Shown here one piece after another: positions 1 through 10,786 of a DNA stretch of 64,000 bases. Each line of letters opens with the position of its first letter. The first letter of the stretch is position 1. The stretch comes from Thermodesulfobacteriota bacterium (GTDB lineage Bacteria > Desulfobacterota > Desulfobacteria > Desulfobacterales > SURF-7): positions 192,001 through 256,000 of the forward strand of contig JBMORA010000009.1 in assembly GCA_049320885.1 (NCBI GenBank), given 5' to 3'. The notes beneath the pieces are model-generated. The model did not search any database. It was not told where the DNA came from and was given only the letters and a program-made list of their open reading frames with translations. The position numbers and the translations under genes are program-made.

Positions 1-310
1 CCGAGAAATTGAGCTTCAGGTCCGGGTGGATGTTCTGTTCCAGCTTGATGAACATTCTGCCGCGGTCCTTTCCCAATAAAACCCCGCCGTTGAACAGCTT
101 GTCGCCGCTTAGGGCGTCCAGGGTTCGCAGAAATTCCCGTGCGTGAAAATTGAGGCTGCCGTTTCCTTTTTTGAACTGGTCCAGTTCCTCCAGAACGGTT
201 ATGGGAATGACGACATCGTGCTCTTTGAATTGGGTGATGCAGGAGCTGTCGTGCAGAATGACATTGGTGTCCAGGACAAAGATTTTCCGGGGCTGACTGT
301 TGTGATCCAA
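1..310 (-). CDS. PIN-domain/PhoH-family protein (PhoH2/YlaK-like), N-terminal part; runs off the window edge
   Basis: Manual translation from TTG at 310 (AGGA upstream): MDHNSQPRKIFVLDTNVILHDSSCITQFKEHDVVIPITVLEELDQFKKG; VLDTNV and VLEELD are PIN motifs typical of PIN-PhoH fusions. Not in the ORF track. Confidence 0.85.
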   Translation of the reverse strand, partial: MDHNSQPRKIFVLDTNVILHDSSCITQFKEHDVVIPITVLEELDQFKKGNGSLNFHAREFLRTLDALSGDKLFNGGVLLGKDRGRMFIKLEQNIHPDLKLNFS

Positions 311-350
311 GATGGTTTCCTGAAGCCGAAAGGGGGCCCGATCGGTGGCT

Positions 351-683
351 TTAATCGGATTCGAATTGCTCGATGGCATCCTTTTTATTTATGATCTCGG
401 TAAGCTTGATGCCGAATTTTTCATTAACGACAACAGCGGTCCCCAAGGCCACCAGCTTTTTGTTGATATATACCCGCAAGGGCTCGCCGGCCAGGTTGTC
501 CAATTCCACCACGGAACCAGGCTGGATGTTGATCAGATCGCTGACATTCAGTTTGCAACCGCCCAATACGACGGATAAGTCCAATTGAATATCGAGAATC
601 ATGTCGAGCTTTGATTCGTCATGTCCTCCTGTAAATACGGTCGGGCGGTGGTCGCCTTCTGGTTTATCGTCGCGATCGGACAT
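351..683 (-). CDS. fliN: FliN/SpoA-family flagellar switch-like protein
   Basis: LDMILDIQLDLSVVLG...GSVVELDNLAGEPLRVYINKKLVALGTAVVVNEKFGIKLTEI is the FliN signature. Confidence 0.85.
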   Translation of the reverse strand: MSDRDDKPEGDHRPTVFTGGHDESKLDMILDIQLDLSVVLGGCKLNVSDLINIQPGSVVELDNLAGEPLRVYINKKLVALGTAVVVNEKFGIKLTEIINKKDAIEQFESD

Positions 684-1048
684 CAGAAACTTGCTGCTTT
701 TTCAAGTGCTTCCATTTTGGTTTTGCATTGAATGCATTGAGTTGCCACCGGCCGGGCCTTCAGGCGGCCGATGGATATCTCCTCATCGCAAATCTCACAG
801 ATGCCGAAGGTGCCTTCTTCTATCCGCTCCAGGGCGCTTCTGATTTTATTGATCAGGCGGCTTTCGCGATCCTTGATGCGCAGCAGGAAAGTCTGATCCG
901 TATAGGCCGAAGCCTGATCGATCAAATCGGAATAAGAGCTTTCCTGCTCCTTCAGTTGCGATACCGTATCATTGCTCCGACGAAGCAGATCCTCTAGTTG
1001 CTGCGTAAGAAGTTGCCTAAAAAATTCAAGATCTTTTTTCTTCATCAT
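683..1048 (-). CDS. dksA: RNA polymerase-binding factor DksA
   Basis: DLIDQA (DxxDxA coiled-coil tip), C4 zinc finger CEIC...CIQC; start moved to ATG 1048 with AGGTGG upstream. Confidence 0.92.
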   Translation of the reverse strand: MMKKKDLEFFRQLLTQQLEDLLRRSNDTVSQLKEQESSYSDLIDQASAYTDQTFLLRIKDRESRLINKIRSALERIEEGTFGICEICDEEISIGRLKARPVATQCIQCKTKMEALEKAASF

Positions 1049-1236
1049 TTCGACCACCTGTTCGTCGACCATGGTTCCAACCCCGGTTCGCACCGGAGCG
1101 ACAAAAAAAGAACCTTTTCCGTAGTTTCACCATGGATTATATTTACAGGAAGGTTTCAATCCAAGTCAAGCCATACTCGTAAAAATGAAGAATAAATCAT
1201 TGGGCTGGACATGGTTTCCATTCGGCCCGTCCGCAT

Positions 1237-1279
1237 ACAATTTCGTCTTTTGCGAGTTTTTTTTATTACATTTTTGTAT
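1237..1279. promoter_or_regulatory. Putative tandem enhancer sites upstream of the glnD sigma54 promoter
   Basis: ACAATTTCGT (1237) and ACATTTTTGTAT (1268); the same motif occurs twice upstream of the glnK promoter. Confidence 0.45.
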
Positions 1280-1342
1280 TTGATCTTCCCGAGCATGGAT
1301 GTTTCATTATATAAAAACATATAATTTCAGTATGATAAAAAT

Positions 1343-1359
1343 TTGGCACAAGAGTTGCT
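1343..1359 (+). promoter_or_regulatory. sigma54 (-24/-12) promoter of glnD-glnB-glnA
   Basis: TTGGCAC-AAGAG-TTGCT, GG-N10-GC consensus. Confidence 0.9.
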
Positions 1360-1393
1360 CACTGTTTTACAACAACAAAGGAACGGGAACCCC

Positions 1394-4042
1394 ATGCAGC
1401 CAGCGCACAACAATTCGGTTATTCAACTCCGGACAAAACGGGAAAAACTGATCTCCGCCTTTCTGAAAAGCGGGGATGCGGATTTTCAGTTGAAGCTGTC
1501 ATCCCTGCTGGATGAATATTTTATCCAAAGTTTTGAGCACAGCATGGTGGGGCCCCGCATGGATATTTATAAAAAGCCCTATGCCATGATCGCTCTGGGG
1601 GGGTATGGACGTCAGGAGCAATGCATCCGGTCCGACGTGGATCTGTTGTTCCTTTTCGAGAAAAATGTGCCGGCGGAGGCCGAAGAGCTGATCCGGGAGA
1701 TGATTTACCCGTTGTGGGATCTGGGAATGGAGGTCGGACACGCGACACGATCCTTGCGGGAATCCATCAAACTTGCCGGCAAGGAACTGGATGTTTTTAC
1801 CGCCATGTTGGATGCCCGCTTTCTCTGCGGGATGTCGCCGCTCTATACGGAAATGATGGAGCGCCTGTCGACGCGTCTGATCAGCGGCAATACCAACAAG
1901 CTGACCGCCGGGCTGATCGAACGCAACAGGGAGCGCCATCTCCGTTTCGGGGATTCCACCTATCGCCTGGAGCCCAATCTGAAGGAAGGACAAGGCGGTC
2001 TGAGGGATTATCATACCATGCTCTGGATCGCACGGATCAAGGGTAACCTGAAATCTCCCCGGGATTTGGAATATCATGGTTATCTGTCCCATGACGAATA
2101 TCAGTCCTTCCGGCAGGCCCTGGAATTCATCTGGCAGGTCCGAAACCGCCTGCACCAGCTGAGCGGCCGGAAAACCGACCAGCTGCATTTCGAGCATCAG
2201 CAGAAGATCGCGGAAATTTTGAAGTTCCGGGACGGAGACGGGCAACTGGCTGTGGAGCGTTTTCTCGGCTGTCTGCATGAAAAAATGGAGTATATCAAGC
2301 AGCATAACCTGGTTTTTCTGGCGGAAATGGGTTGCGGGCGAAAATCCACGATCTTTCGGCGGGCGCCGATGAAAAAAAGCAAGGTGCCGGGTCTGGAAGT
2401 GATCCGCAACATGATCAATTTTGTATCATTGGAACATATCCTGGCCGCGCCCGCGTTGCTGATCCGGATTTTCGAGGAAAGCGCCCGGCTGCAGATACCC
2501 TTGAGCTCCGAAGCGCGACGGGTAGTGCGGGAGTTTGCCTATCTCGTGAACAAACAGTTCCGCCGGGACAAGGGGAACATACGGATTTTTGAAACGATTC
2601 TGCTGACCCCGGCGGCACCCTTTAACGTGCTGAACGAAATGCTGAACACCGGCCTGCTGGTGCGCTTGATTCCGGAATTCCGAAAAATCGTCAACCGCAT
2701 TCAATTCGATGAATACCACCTGTTTCCGGTTGACCGCCATTCGCTTCATACCGTCAGGACCTTGAAGAGCTTCGGCTCCCAGGAGGAGTCTCCGGCCACG
2801 GATTTATGCCGTAGCCTGTACAAGGAACTGGGGCAGTATAAAAAGCTTTTGCTGTGGTCCGCTCTGCTCCACGATATCGGCAAGGGTGAAGAAGGGCATG
2901 GCCATTCGGCGCGAGGAGCGGAAATCGCCGGAAAGATCCTTGCCCGAACCGGGTATGACGAAGACCAGATCGCCACCGTGGTGTTTCTCGTCAAGGAGCA
3001 TCTGTTTCTGATTAAAACCGCGACCAGGCGGGACATCAACGATGAAGAGACCTCCATTTTCTGCGCCCGGCGGATCCGGGATATCCGGCTTTTAAAAATG
3101 CTGTATCTGCTGACCGTGGCCGACTCCATCGCAACCGGTCCAAAGGCGTGGAACGACTGGTCCGCGGCTCTTTTACGGGATCTCTTTTTCAAGGTGTTGA
3201 ACATTCTGGAGCAAGGTGAATTGGCTTCACGGGAAGCGGTGGAAGAGGTCCGGAAGAAAAAAATCGACATTGTGATGTCGGCTTCCACCAGGGAGGACCG
3301 GGCGGCGCTCACCAGGCATTTCGAGTTGCTGCCGCCGCGCTACCTGCTGTATACGCCTGCCGCCGTGATTCCGGTTCATATGGAGCTGTATCGCAGGCTG
3401 GGCGGCCGGGATTTCATCTGGCGCATCGATCGGGACCTGGATTTGAATACCCGTACCGTCACCATCTGCGCAAAGGATCGTCCGGGCCTTTTTTCCAGGA
3501 TATCCGGCGTATTCACTCTGAACGGCCTGGACATTCTGAATGCCGAAATTCATACCTGGAGGAAAGGCATCGCCCTGGATATTTTTACGGTCAGGCCGCC
3601 CGTGGATCTGTTTTTTGAAGAACAGCGCTGGGCCCGGGCGGAGAAACATCTGCAGGCGGCCCTGACGGGCGAACTGGATTTGGGTGCCGCCGTGCGGGAA
3701 AAAATCGAGGAGCAGAAAACCGTCGTGCGACCTATCCTGAAGCGTCCCACCAGGGTGGAGATCGACAATGAAGGATCCAGCTTTTTTACCATCGTGGAGG
3801 TGTTTACCCATGATGCCCCCGGGTTGCTTTTCCGCATCACGGATGTTCTGTTCAAGCAGGAGCTGGATGTATGGATAGCAAAAATCGCCACGAAAGTGGA
3901 CCAGGTGGTGGACGTTTTTTACGTGCGGGATTTGTTCGGGCAAAAAGTGGATGATCCCCACCGGGTGGAGCGGGTCAGGTTGGAAATTGAAAACGCGCTT
4001 GCCAGCATGGTCGGCTGGCCGGAAGAGCGCATGGCCGTTTGA
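1394..4042 (+). CDS. glnD: [protein-PII] uridylyltransferase / uridylyl-removing enzyme
   Basis: ALGGYGR...SDVDLL nucleotidyltransferase, NLKEGQGGLRD, HD domain (LLHDIGKG), two C-terminal ACT domains; ATG 1394 chosen because the track's TTG lies inside the sigma54 promoter. Confidence 0.97.
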   Translation: MQPAHNNSVIQLRTKREKLISAFLKSGDADFQLKLSSLLDEYFIQSFEHSMVGPRMDIYKKPYAMIALGGYGRQEQCIRSDVDLLFLFEKNVPAEAEELIREMIYPLWDLGMEVGHATRSLRESIKLAGKELDVFTAMLDARFLCGMSPLYTEMMERLSTRLISGNTNKLTAGLIERNRERHLRFGDSTYRLEPNLKEGQGGLRDYHTMLWIARIKGNLKSPRDLEYHGYLSHDEYQSFRQALEFIWQVRNRLHQLSGRKTDQLHFEHQQKIAEILKFRDGDGQLAVERFLGCLHEKMEYIKQHNLVFLAEMGCGRKSTIFRRAPMKKSKVPGLEVIRNMINFVSLEHILAAPALLIRIFEESARLQIPLSSEARRVVREFAYLVNKQFRRDKGNIRIFETILLTPAAPFNVLNEMLNTGLLVRLIPEFRKIVNRIQFDEYHLFPVDRHSLHTVRTLKSFGSQEESPATDLCRSLYKELGQYKKLLLWSALLHDIGKGEEGHGHSARGAEIAGKILARTGYDEDQIATVVFLVKEHLFLIKTATRRDINDEETSIFCARRIRDIRLLKMLYLLTVADSIATGPKAWNDWSAALLRDLFFKVLNILEQGELASREAVEEVRKKKIDIVMSASTREDRAALTRHFELLPPRYLLYTPAAVIPVHMELYRRLGGRDFIWRIDRDLDLNTRTVTICAKDRPGLFSRISGVFTLNGLDILNAEIHTWRKGIALDIFTVRPPVDLFFEEQRWARAEKHLQAALTGELDLGAAVREKIEEQKTVVRPILKRPTRVEIDNEGSSFFTIVEVFTHDAPGLLFRITDVLFKQELDVWIAKIATKVDQVVDVFYVRDLFGQKVDDPHRVERVRLEIENALASMVGWPEERMAV

Positions 4043-4162
4043 AATCGACAGGACTGTCGCCGCTGTCGGTGGTACAAGAGAATGATTGCGGCTGCACGCG
4101 GCTTTATGGTAAGAATCGCAATTATTCTCCCTACACCCATTCCATCAGGCCGGTTCCGGTGA

Positions 4163-4576
<414 letters not shown>

Positions 4577-4677
4577 CCCCGGCAACCGGCGTGTCAGGTG
4601 GCTTGCCGGAAGCAATTCCCTCGGGTGGCAATCGATATGGGCTGATTTATAACAAATGGATGAAGGAGGATAATTAA

Positions 4678-6090
4678 ATGACAGTAAAAGATGTTTTTCA
4701 AATGGCAAAAGAGAACGGCGCCAAGGTCGTCGACATTCGTTTCATGGATTTTCCCGGTATCTGGCAGCATTTTTCCGTGCCCATCTGTGAGCTGGAGGAA
4801 TCCAATTTCGAAGACGGCTATGGTTTCGATGGCTCCAGTATTCGCGGCTGGCAACCCATCAACATGAGCGATATGCTGGTCATCCCGGATCCGGCAACGG
4901 CGAAAATGGATCCCTTTTTTAAAGAGCCCACGCTCGTGTTGATCGGCGACATCGTCGATCCCATCACCCGCGCGCCCTATACCCGCGACCCGCGCAATAT
5001 CGCCAAGAAAGCCGAGGCTTTTCTGAAGAGCACCGGCATCGGTGATACAGCTTTCATCGGTCCGGAGGCCGAGTTTTTCATTTTCGACAGCGTGCGCTTC
5101 GAATCGTCCCGCAATCTGGCTTTTTATGAAGTGGATTCCGTGGAAGGCGTCTGGAACAGCGCCAGGGAGGAAGCACCCAATCTGGGCTACAAACCCAGGC
5201 TGAAGGAAGGATATTTTCCGGTTCCGCCCACGGATAAATTCCAGGATTTGCGCTCTGAGATGATGCTGACCTTGGAAAAACTGGGTATCGATGTGGAATG
5301 CCAGCATCATGAGGTGGCCACGGCCGGTCAGGCGGAAATCGACATGCGCTTCAAGCCCCTGCTGCAGATGGGCGACCAGCTGGTCTGGTTCAAATATGTG
5401 CTGAAAAATGTCGCTGTCCGCAACGGCCATACCGTGACCTTCATGCCCAAACCGCTTTTCGAAGACAACGGCAGCGGCATGCACACCCACCTGAGCATCT
5501 GGAAGGGCGGCAAGCCGCTCTTTGCCGGAGACAAATACGCCGGCGTTTCCCAGGAAGCCCTCTGGGCCATCGGCGGCATCCTGAAACACTGCAAAGCGCT
5601 TTGCGCCATCACCAATCCCACCACCAACTCTTATAAACGCCTGGTGCCGGGATTCGAGGCGCCGGTGAATCTGGCTTATTCCAGCCGTAACCGTAGCGCC
5701 GCCATCCGTATCCCCATGTACAGCTCCTCGCCCAAGGCCAAACGCATCGAATTCCGTACCCCGGATCCCTCCTGCAACGGATATATGGCTTTCTCCGCCA
5801 TCCTGATGGCGGCGATCGACGGCATTGAGAACAAGATCGATCCGGGACAGCCGCTGGACAAGAATATTTATGACCTTCCGCCGGAAGAGCTGGCCATGGT
5901 TCCCTCGGCCCCGGGCTCGCTGGATGAAGCCATGGCGGCCCTGAAGGAAGACTGCGGCTTTTTGCTGAAAGGCGATGTTTTCACCAAGGATGTCATCGAG
6001 ACCTGGATCGACTACAAGATCAAGCATGAAGCCGACGCCGTCAGGTTGCGGCCACATCCCCATGAGTTCTTCCTGTATTTCGATATTTGA
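4678..6090 (+). CDS. glnA: Glutamine synthetase type I
   Basis: FDGSSI, HHEVA, TFMPKP...NGSGMH, RIEFR, adenylylation-site motif NIYDLPPEE. Confidence 0.98.
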   Translation: MTVKDVFQMAKENGAKVVDIRFMDFPGIWQHFSVPICELEESNFEDGYGFDGSSIRGWQPINMSDMLVIPDPATAKMDPFFKEPTLVLIGDIVDPITRAPYTRDPRNIAKKAEAFLKSTGIGDTAFIGPEAEFFIFDSVRFESSRNLAFYEVDSVEGVWNSAREEAPNLGYKPRLKEGYFPVPPTDKFQDLRSEMMLTLEKLGIDVECQHHEVATAGQAEIDMRFKPLLQMGDQLVWFKYVLKNVAVRNGHTVTFMPKPLFEDNGSGMHTHLSIWKGGKPLFAGDKYAGVSQEALWAIGGILKHCKALCAITNPTTNSYKRLVPGFEAPVNLAYSSRNRSAAIRIPMYSSSPKAKRIEFRTPDPSCNGYMAFSAILMAAIDGIENKIDPGQPLDKNIYDLPPEELAMVPSAPGSLDEAMAALKEDCGFLLKGDVFTKDVIETWIDYKIKHEADAVRLRPHPHEFFLYFDI

Positions 6091-6112
6091 TTTTAATTCG
6101 AAATCACTCTCC

Positions 6113-6144
6113 AAAAGCCCGTCGCGTCAGCGATGGGCTTTTTT
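6113..6144 (+). terminator. Intrinsic terminator after glnA
   Basis: AAAAGCCCGTCGC-GTCA-GCGATGGGCTTTTTT hairpin with T-run. Confidence 0.85.
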
Positions 6145-6327
6145 GTTTTCAATCGCCTTTCTCGCTGCTTCTTCCATCCCATGAAAACAGAAAACAAGGT
6201 CGCGCCTGGAGACCAAAGGGATCCGTGCGGTTGTCGAAATGATCATCCATTACCGGACATGGCTATTTCAGGTTCGGGCGAAGCAGACAATGCCAAAATC
6301 ATTACGTTGGAAAATACAATCAAAATA

Positions 6328-6368
6328 ACATATTTGTATGCTTAAATCATTTTTAAACAAATATGTAT
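6328..6368. promoter_or_regulatory. Putative tandem enhancer sites upstream of the glnK sigma54 promoter
   Basis: ACATATTTGTAT (6328) and ACAAATATGTAT (6357), 100-130 bp upstream of the -24 element. Confidence 0.5.
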
Positions 6369-6426
6369 TTTTTTATTCGATTGGCTCTCGCTTTGGTAAA
6401 TTATTTTTATATTAAATATCGATTAG

Positions 6427-6864
<438 letters not shown>

Positions 6865-6897
6865 CCCACCATACCATTACGAAAAAGGAATAGACGG

Positions 6898-8193
6898 ATG
6901 AAACGAATATCATTTTTTACAGTATTGACAAGCTTGCTCTGGAATGTTCCGATGGCGTTTGCGGCCGAGGCGACGCTGAATTCGGGCGATACTGCCTGGG
7001 TGACGGTATCCACGGCCCTGGTGATGATGATGACCCCAGCCGGCCTGGCGCTGTTTTACGGCGGCATGTCCCGCTACAAGAACCTGCTGAACACTTTTGC
7101 CATGACCATCGCTTCCTATTGCGTGGGCAGCATCGTCTGGGTCGTGTGGGGATACACCCTGGCCTTTGGTCCGGACACATCCGGCGTCATCGGTAACCTC
7201 AAGCATCTTTTCATGGCAGGCATCGGTGTTTCCAGCCTGACCGGAACAATTCCGACCTTTGTGTTTGCCCTTTTTCAGATGACTTTTGCCTGCATCACCG
7301 TGGCCCTGGTGCTGGGATCCATCGTGGACCGGATGAAATTCTCGGCTTGGCTGGTGTTCAGTGTGTTGTGGATCACCGTGGTTTACTGCCCCATCGCCCA
7401 CTGGGTCTGGGGTGGCGGCTGGATGGCCACCATGGGGGCCCTGGATTTCGCGGGCGGCAACGTGGTTCACATCAACGCCGGTGTCGCCGGTCTTGTCCTG
7501 GCGCTGGTTCTGGGCAAGCGGATCGGTTACGGCAAGGAAGCCATGTTTCCCTCGAGCATCTCCCTCACGGCGCTCGGGGCGGGATTGCTCTGGTTCGGCT
7601 GGTTCGGATTCAATGCCGGCAGCCGCCTGGCGGCGGACGGTGTGGCCGCATCGGCCTTTCTGGCGACCAACACGTCGGCAGCCATGGCTGGAATCGCGTG
7701 GATGCTGGCGGAATGGATCCATAACAAAAAACCCACCGTGCTGGGAATCGCTTCCGGCATCGTGGCCGGCCTCGTCGCCATCACTCCAGCGTCCGGCTAT
7801 GTCAATCTGCTGGGAGCCTTGATCATCGGACTTCTCGCCGGCGTGCTGGGCTTTTTCAGCGTCGCGATCCTGAAGCACAAAATCGGCTATGACGATTCCC
7901 TGGATGCCTTCGGTGTTCACGGCATGTGCGGCATGCTGGGGGCGATAGCCACTGGGCTTTTCGCTGATCCGGCGGTTATGGAAAACACGGCGGGTTTGTT
8001 TTACGGCAACCCCAAACAGTTGTGGATACAGGTCGTTTCCATAGCCGCCACTGCTGCATACACGGCTGTCGGCACCTTCATCGTGATAACCGTTACCGGC
8101 AAGCTGACGGGCGGGCTGCGGGTGAGCCGCGACGAAGAAGTTCTGGGTCTGGACAATGCCATTCACGGAGAGCGTGCGTTTGAAATCGATTAA
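6898..8193 (+). CDS. amtB: Ammonium transporter
   Basis: FQMTFA, DFAGGNVVH, WFGWFGFNAGS, DDSLDAFGVHG. Confidence 0.97.
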   Translation: MKRISFFTVLTSLLWNVPMAFAAEATLNSGDTAWVTVSTALVMMMTPAGLALFYGGMSRYKNLLNTFAMTIASYCVGSIVWVVWGYTLAFGPDTSGVIGNLKHLFMAGIGVSSLTGTIPTFVFALFQMTFACITVALVLGSIVDRMKFSAWLVFSVLWITVVYCPIAHWVWGGGWMATMGALDFAGGNVVHINAGVAGLVLALVLGKRIGYGKEAMFPSSISLTALGAGLLWFGWFGFNAGSRLAADGVAASAFLATNTSAAMAGIAWMLAEWIHNKKPTVLGIASGIVAGLVAITPASGYVNLLGALIIGLLAGVLGFFSVAILKHKIGYDDSLDAFGVHGMCGMLGAIATGLFADPAVMENTAGLFYGNPKQLWIQVVSIAATAAYTAVGTFIVITVTGKLTGGLRVSRDEEVLGLDNAIHGERAFEID

Positions 8194-8273
8194 CGGCGTG
8201 ATCAACGCCGGGCGAGCCCATTTCCAGATTGAATTCTCCCATATCATCAGCATTAATATTCCCCGCCGTTGAT

Positions 8274-8312
8274 ATGATCCCCCGGATGTCCGCAGGGCAT
8301 CCGGGGGATCAT
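8274..8312. terminator. Long GC-rich hairpin between convergent amtB and SDR genes
   Basis: ATGATCCCCCGGATGTCC-GCA-GGGCATCCGGGGGATCAT, 18-bp stem with one G-U pair. Confidence 0.6.
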
Positions 8313-9055
8313 CCCGCCAGTTTGGCGATCAAGCCCGTGGGAAGGAGTTTCAGCAGCACGCCGATGAAATTCCAGGGAAAGACAGGGACGGTGGATCGCT
8401 TCACCTTCTTTTCAATCAGATCGGCGATAATGGATGCGCCCTTTTCCACGGAAATCAAAAACGGCCGGCTGGGCAGCATGTTGTTGAGCGGGGTGTCGAT
8501 ATAGCCCGGATACAGAACGGTGATGTCGATATTCTTCCCGTATAGCTCGGCGCGCAGGGCTTCCAGGTAGACGGCCAGTCCGGCTTTGGAGGCGCTGTAA
8601 GCCGCGCTGCGCGGCATCCCCCGGAAGGCCGCCACTGACGAAACACCGACGATATGGCCGGAACCGCGTTTGATAAAAAGGGCGGCGGCCGCGTCGATGG
8701 TGGCGGCGGCGCCCAGCAGGTTGGTCAGCAGGGTGGTTTTCGATTTTTCAAACTGGCCGTTGCCGACCTTTTCTCCCAACCCCACCCCCGCGTTTACGAA
8801 GACGATGTCCACGCCGCCCAGGTTTTCATCGATGGCCCGGATGGCGCCCGGAACAGCGTCGCAATCGGTGACATCCACGGGCTGAATGACGACCGTGAGT
8901 TTTGGATGGCGCTTCCGGATATCTTCACGAACCTGTTCCAGCACTTCCCTTCGTCTGGCGGCGAGTCCCAGCGCGTACCCTCTGCCGGCCATTTCGACGG
9001 CAAGGGCTTTGCCGATACCGGAAGTGGCTCCGGTGATCAGTATGGTACGGGGCAT
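8309..9055 (-). CDS. Short-chain dehydrogenase/reductase
   Basis: TGATSGIG, NAG, YSASK. Confidence 0.92.
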   Translation of the reverse strand: MPRTILITGATSGIGKALAVEMAGRGYALGLAARRREVLEQVREDIRKRHPKLTVVIQPVDVTDCDAVPGAIRAIDENLGGVDIVFVNAGVGLGEKVGNGQFEKSKTTLLTNLLGAAATIDAAAALFIKRGSGHIVGVSSVAAFRGMPRSAAYSASKAGLAVYLEALRAELYGKNIDITVLYPGYIDTPLNNMLPSRPFLISVEKGASIIADLIEKKVKRSTVPVFPWNFIGVLLKLLPTGLIAKLAG

Positions 9056-9279
9056 GGCGGTTTCCTTTCGTTATGGTGGAATTCTGAATTGCTTCTATGG
9101 CAAATCCGACCCGGCATCAAGATTTTTCTTGTTGAGTTTCACCCTTCAAACGCCGGTGGTGTGTTTTGTTACCTGCGATAACCCTGACGCGGAAAATCCT
9201 CCAGCCTTGACTTTGGGAAACCGCAAGCGTATGAACAAGGGAAACAGATGCCATGAAAGAGTATCGGAAAGGACAAGGT

Positions 9280-10773
9280 ATGACCGTCTATGATGCGGTA
9301 GTCATTGGAGCGGGAAACGGTGGATTGACGGCGGCCCTCACCCTCGCCAAGGCGGGGCGGAAAATTCTACTGCTGGAACGACATAACGTGCCCGGGGGAT
9401 GCGCCACCAGTTTTGTCCGGGGACGGTTCGAATTCGAAGTCGCCCTCCATCAGCTCAGCGGTCTGGGTTCGGAGACGCGGCCCGGGCCGTTGCGGGCGAT
9501 CCTGACGGAAATGGGGGTTGTCGACAAACTTTCGTTCGTGGAAATGCAGGACCTCTATCGGGTCACGTATCCGGGCCTTGTGGATCTCACCCTGAAAGCG
9601 GAGCGGGAAGCGGTTATCGAAACCCTGCAACAGCGATTTCCCAAGGAACGGGACGCCATCGTCAGGTTCTTCGATCTGGTCTATGGATTCAGCCTCCAGC
9701 TTGTTCAGGGCGTTTTTTTCCGTGACCCGCAGATTTCCAGGGAAAAATATCCGCTGTATTTTCAATATGCCTTCCGGAACACCCAGGAAGTCCTGGATGA
9801 GCATTTTGCCGATCCGTTGCTGAAAGCCATTCTGAGTATTTACTGGGGGTATGTCGGTGTTCCGCCCAGCCGGCTGCCCTTTGGTGATCTGGCGGTCATT
9901 CTGTGGGCCTATATCGAATTCAAACCCTACCATCTGAAAGGTGGCTCCCAGGCCCTTTCCAACGCCCTGCTGGATACGTTTCTGCAACTGGGCGGCGAAG
10001 TCCGTTTCAACTGCGCCGCAGGCAAAATTCTTGTCGAGGACGGCGCGGTGAAAGGGGTTGTAACGGAGCATGGCGACCGGATCGATACCCGCTACGTGGT
10101 TTCCAACGCCAGCATGCTTCAGACCTATATCGATCTCATGGACCCCGAGGAAGTCCCCGACAGCCAGTTCGAGTACTTCCGGAGCAAGACCATCGGTCCG
10201 TCGGCCTTCACCATCTACCTGGGACTGGATTGCGAACCTGCCGAGCTCGGCATAAAGGAGGCGACCAATTTCATCCTGACCACCACGGACATGAACCGGG
10301 CCTTTGAATTATGGAAAACCCTGGAACCGCAAAAATGGGCGCTGTTCACCTGCTACGATGTTCCCGACCCGGACTTTTCGCCTCCGGGCGCCTGTCAGGC
10401 CGCCCTGGTATCCCTGCAGTACGCCGATCCCTGGTATCGCGTTCCACCCGCGCAATATACGGAAACGAAATATCGTTACGCGGAGGAACTGCTGAAACTG
10501 GCGGAAAAGTTGTTTCCGAATCTGAGGAGCCACATCGAGGAAGCGGAAGTCGCCTCGCCGCTCACCCACCTCCGCTATTTGGGGCACCCGGGCGGCGCCA
10601 TCTACGGCTTCGATCAGTATGCCAAGGATTCGCCGTATTTCCGGTCGGATAAATCCTCCATCCAAGGACTGTATCATGCAGGCGCTTGGGCGGCGGGCGG
10701 CGGATTTCAGCCCACCCTGACGTCGGGCCGTTCGACGGCCCGGGCGATCCTGAAGTCGATGAACAACAAATGA
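9280..10773 (+). CDS. Phytoene desaturase / retinol saturase family FAD oxidoreductase (COG1233)
   Basis: GAGNGG Rossmann motif, ERHNVPGG, KGGSQALSNAL, GGAIYG; alternative start 9253. Confidence 0.85.
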   Translation: MTVYDAVVIGAGNGGLTAALTLAKAGRKILLLERHNVPGGCATSFVRGRFEFEVALHQLSGLGSETRPGPLRAILTEMGVVDKLSFVEMQDLYRVTYPGLVDLTLKAEREAVIETLQQRFPKERDAIVRFFDLVYGFSLQLVQGVFFRDPQISREKYPLYFQYAFRNTQEVLDEHFADPLLKAILSIYWGYVGVPPSRLPFGDLAVILWAYIEFKPYHLKGGSQALSNALLDTFLQLGGEVRFNCAAGKILVEDGAVKGVVTEHGDRIDTRYVVSNASMLQTYIDLMDPEEVPDSQFEYFRSKTIGPSAFTIYLGLDCEPAELGIKEATNFILTTTDMNRAFELWKTLEPQKWALFTCYDVPDPDFSPPGACQAALVSLQYADPWYRVPPAQYTETKYRYAEELLKLAEKLFPNLRSHIEEAEVASPLTHLRYLGHPGGAIYGFDQYAKDSPYFRSDKSSIQGLYHAGAWAAGGGFQPTLTSGRSTARAILKSMNNK

Positions 10774-10786
10774 GGACGATACGATC

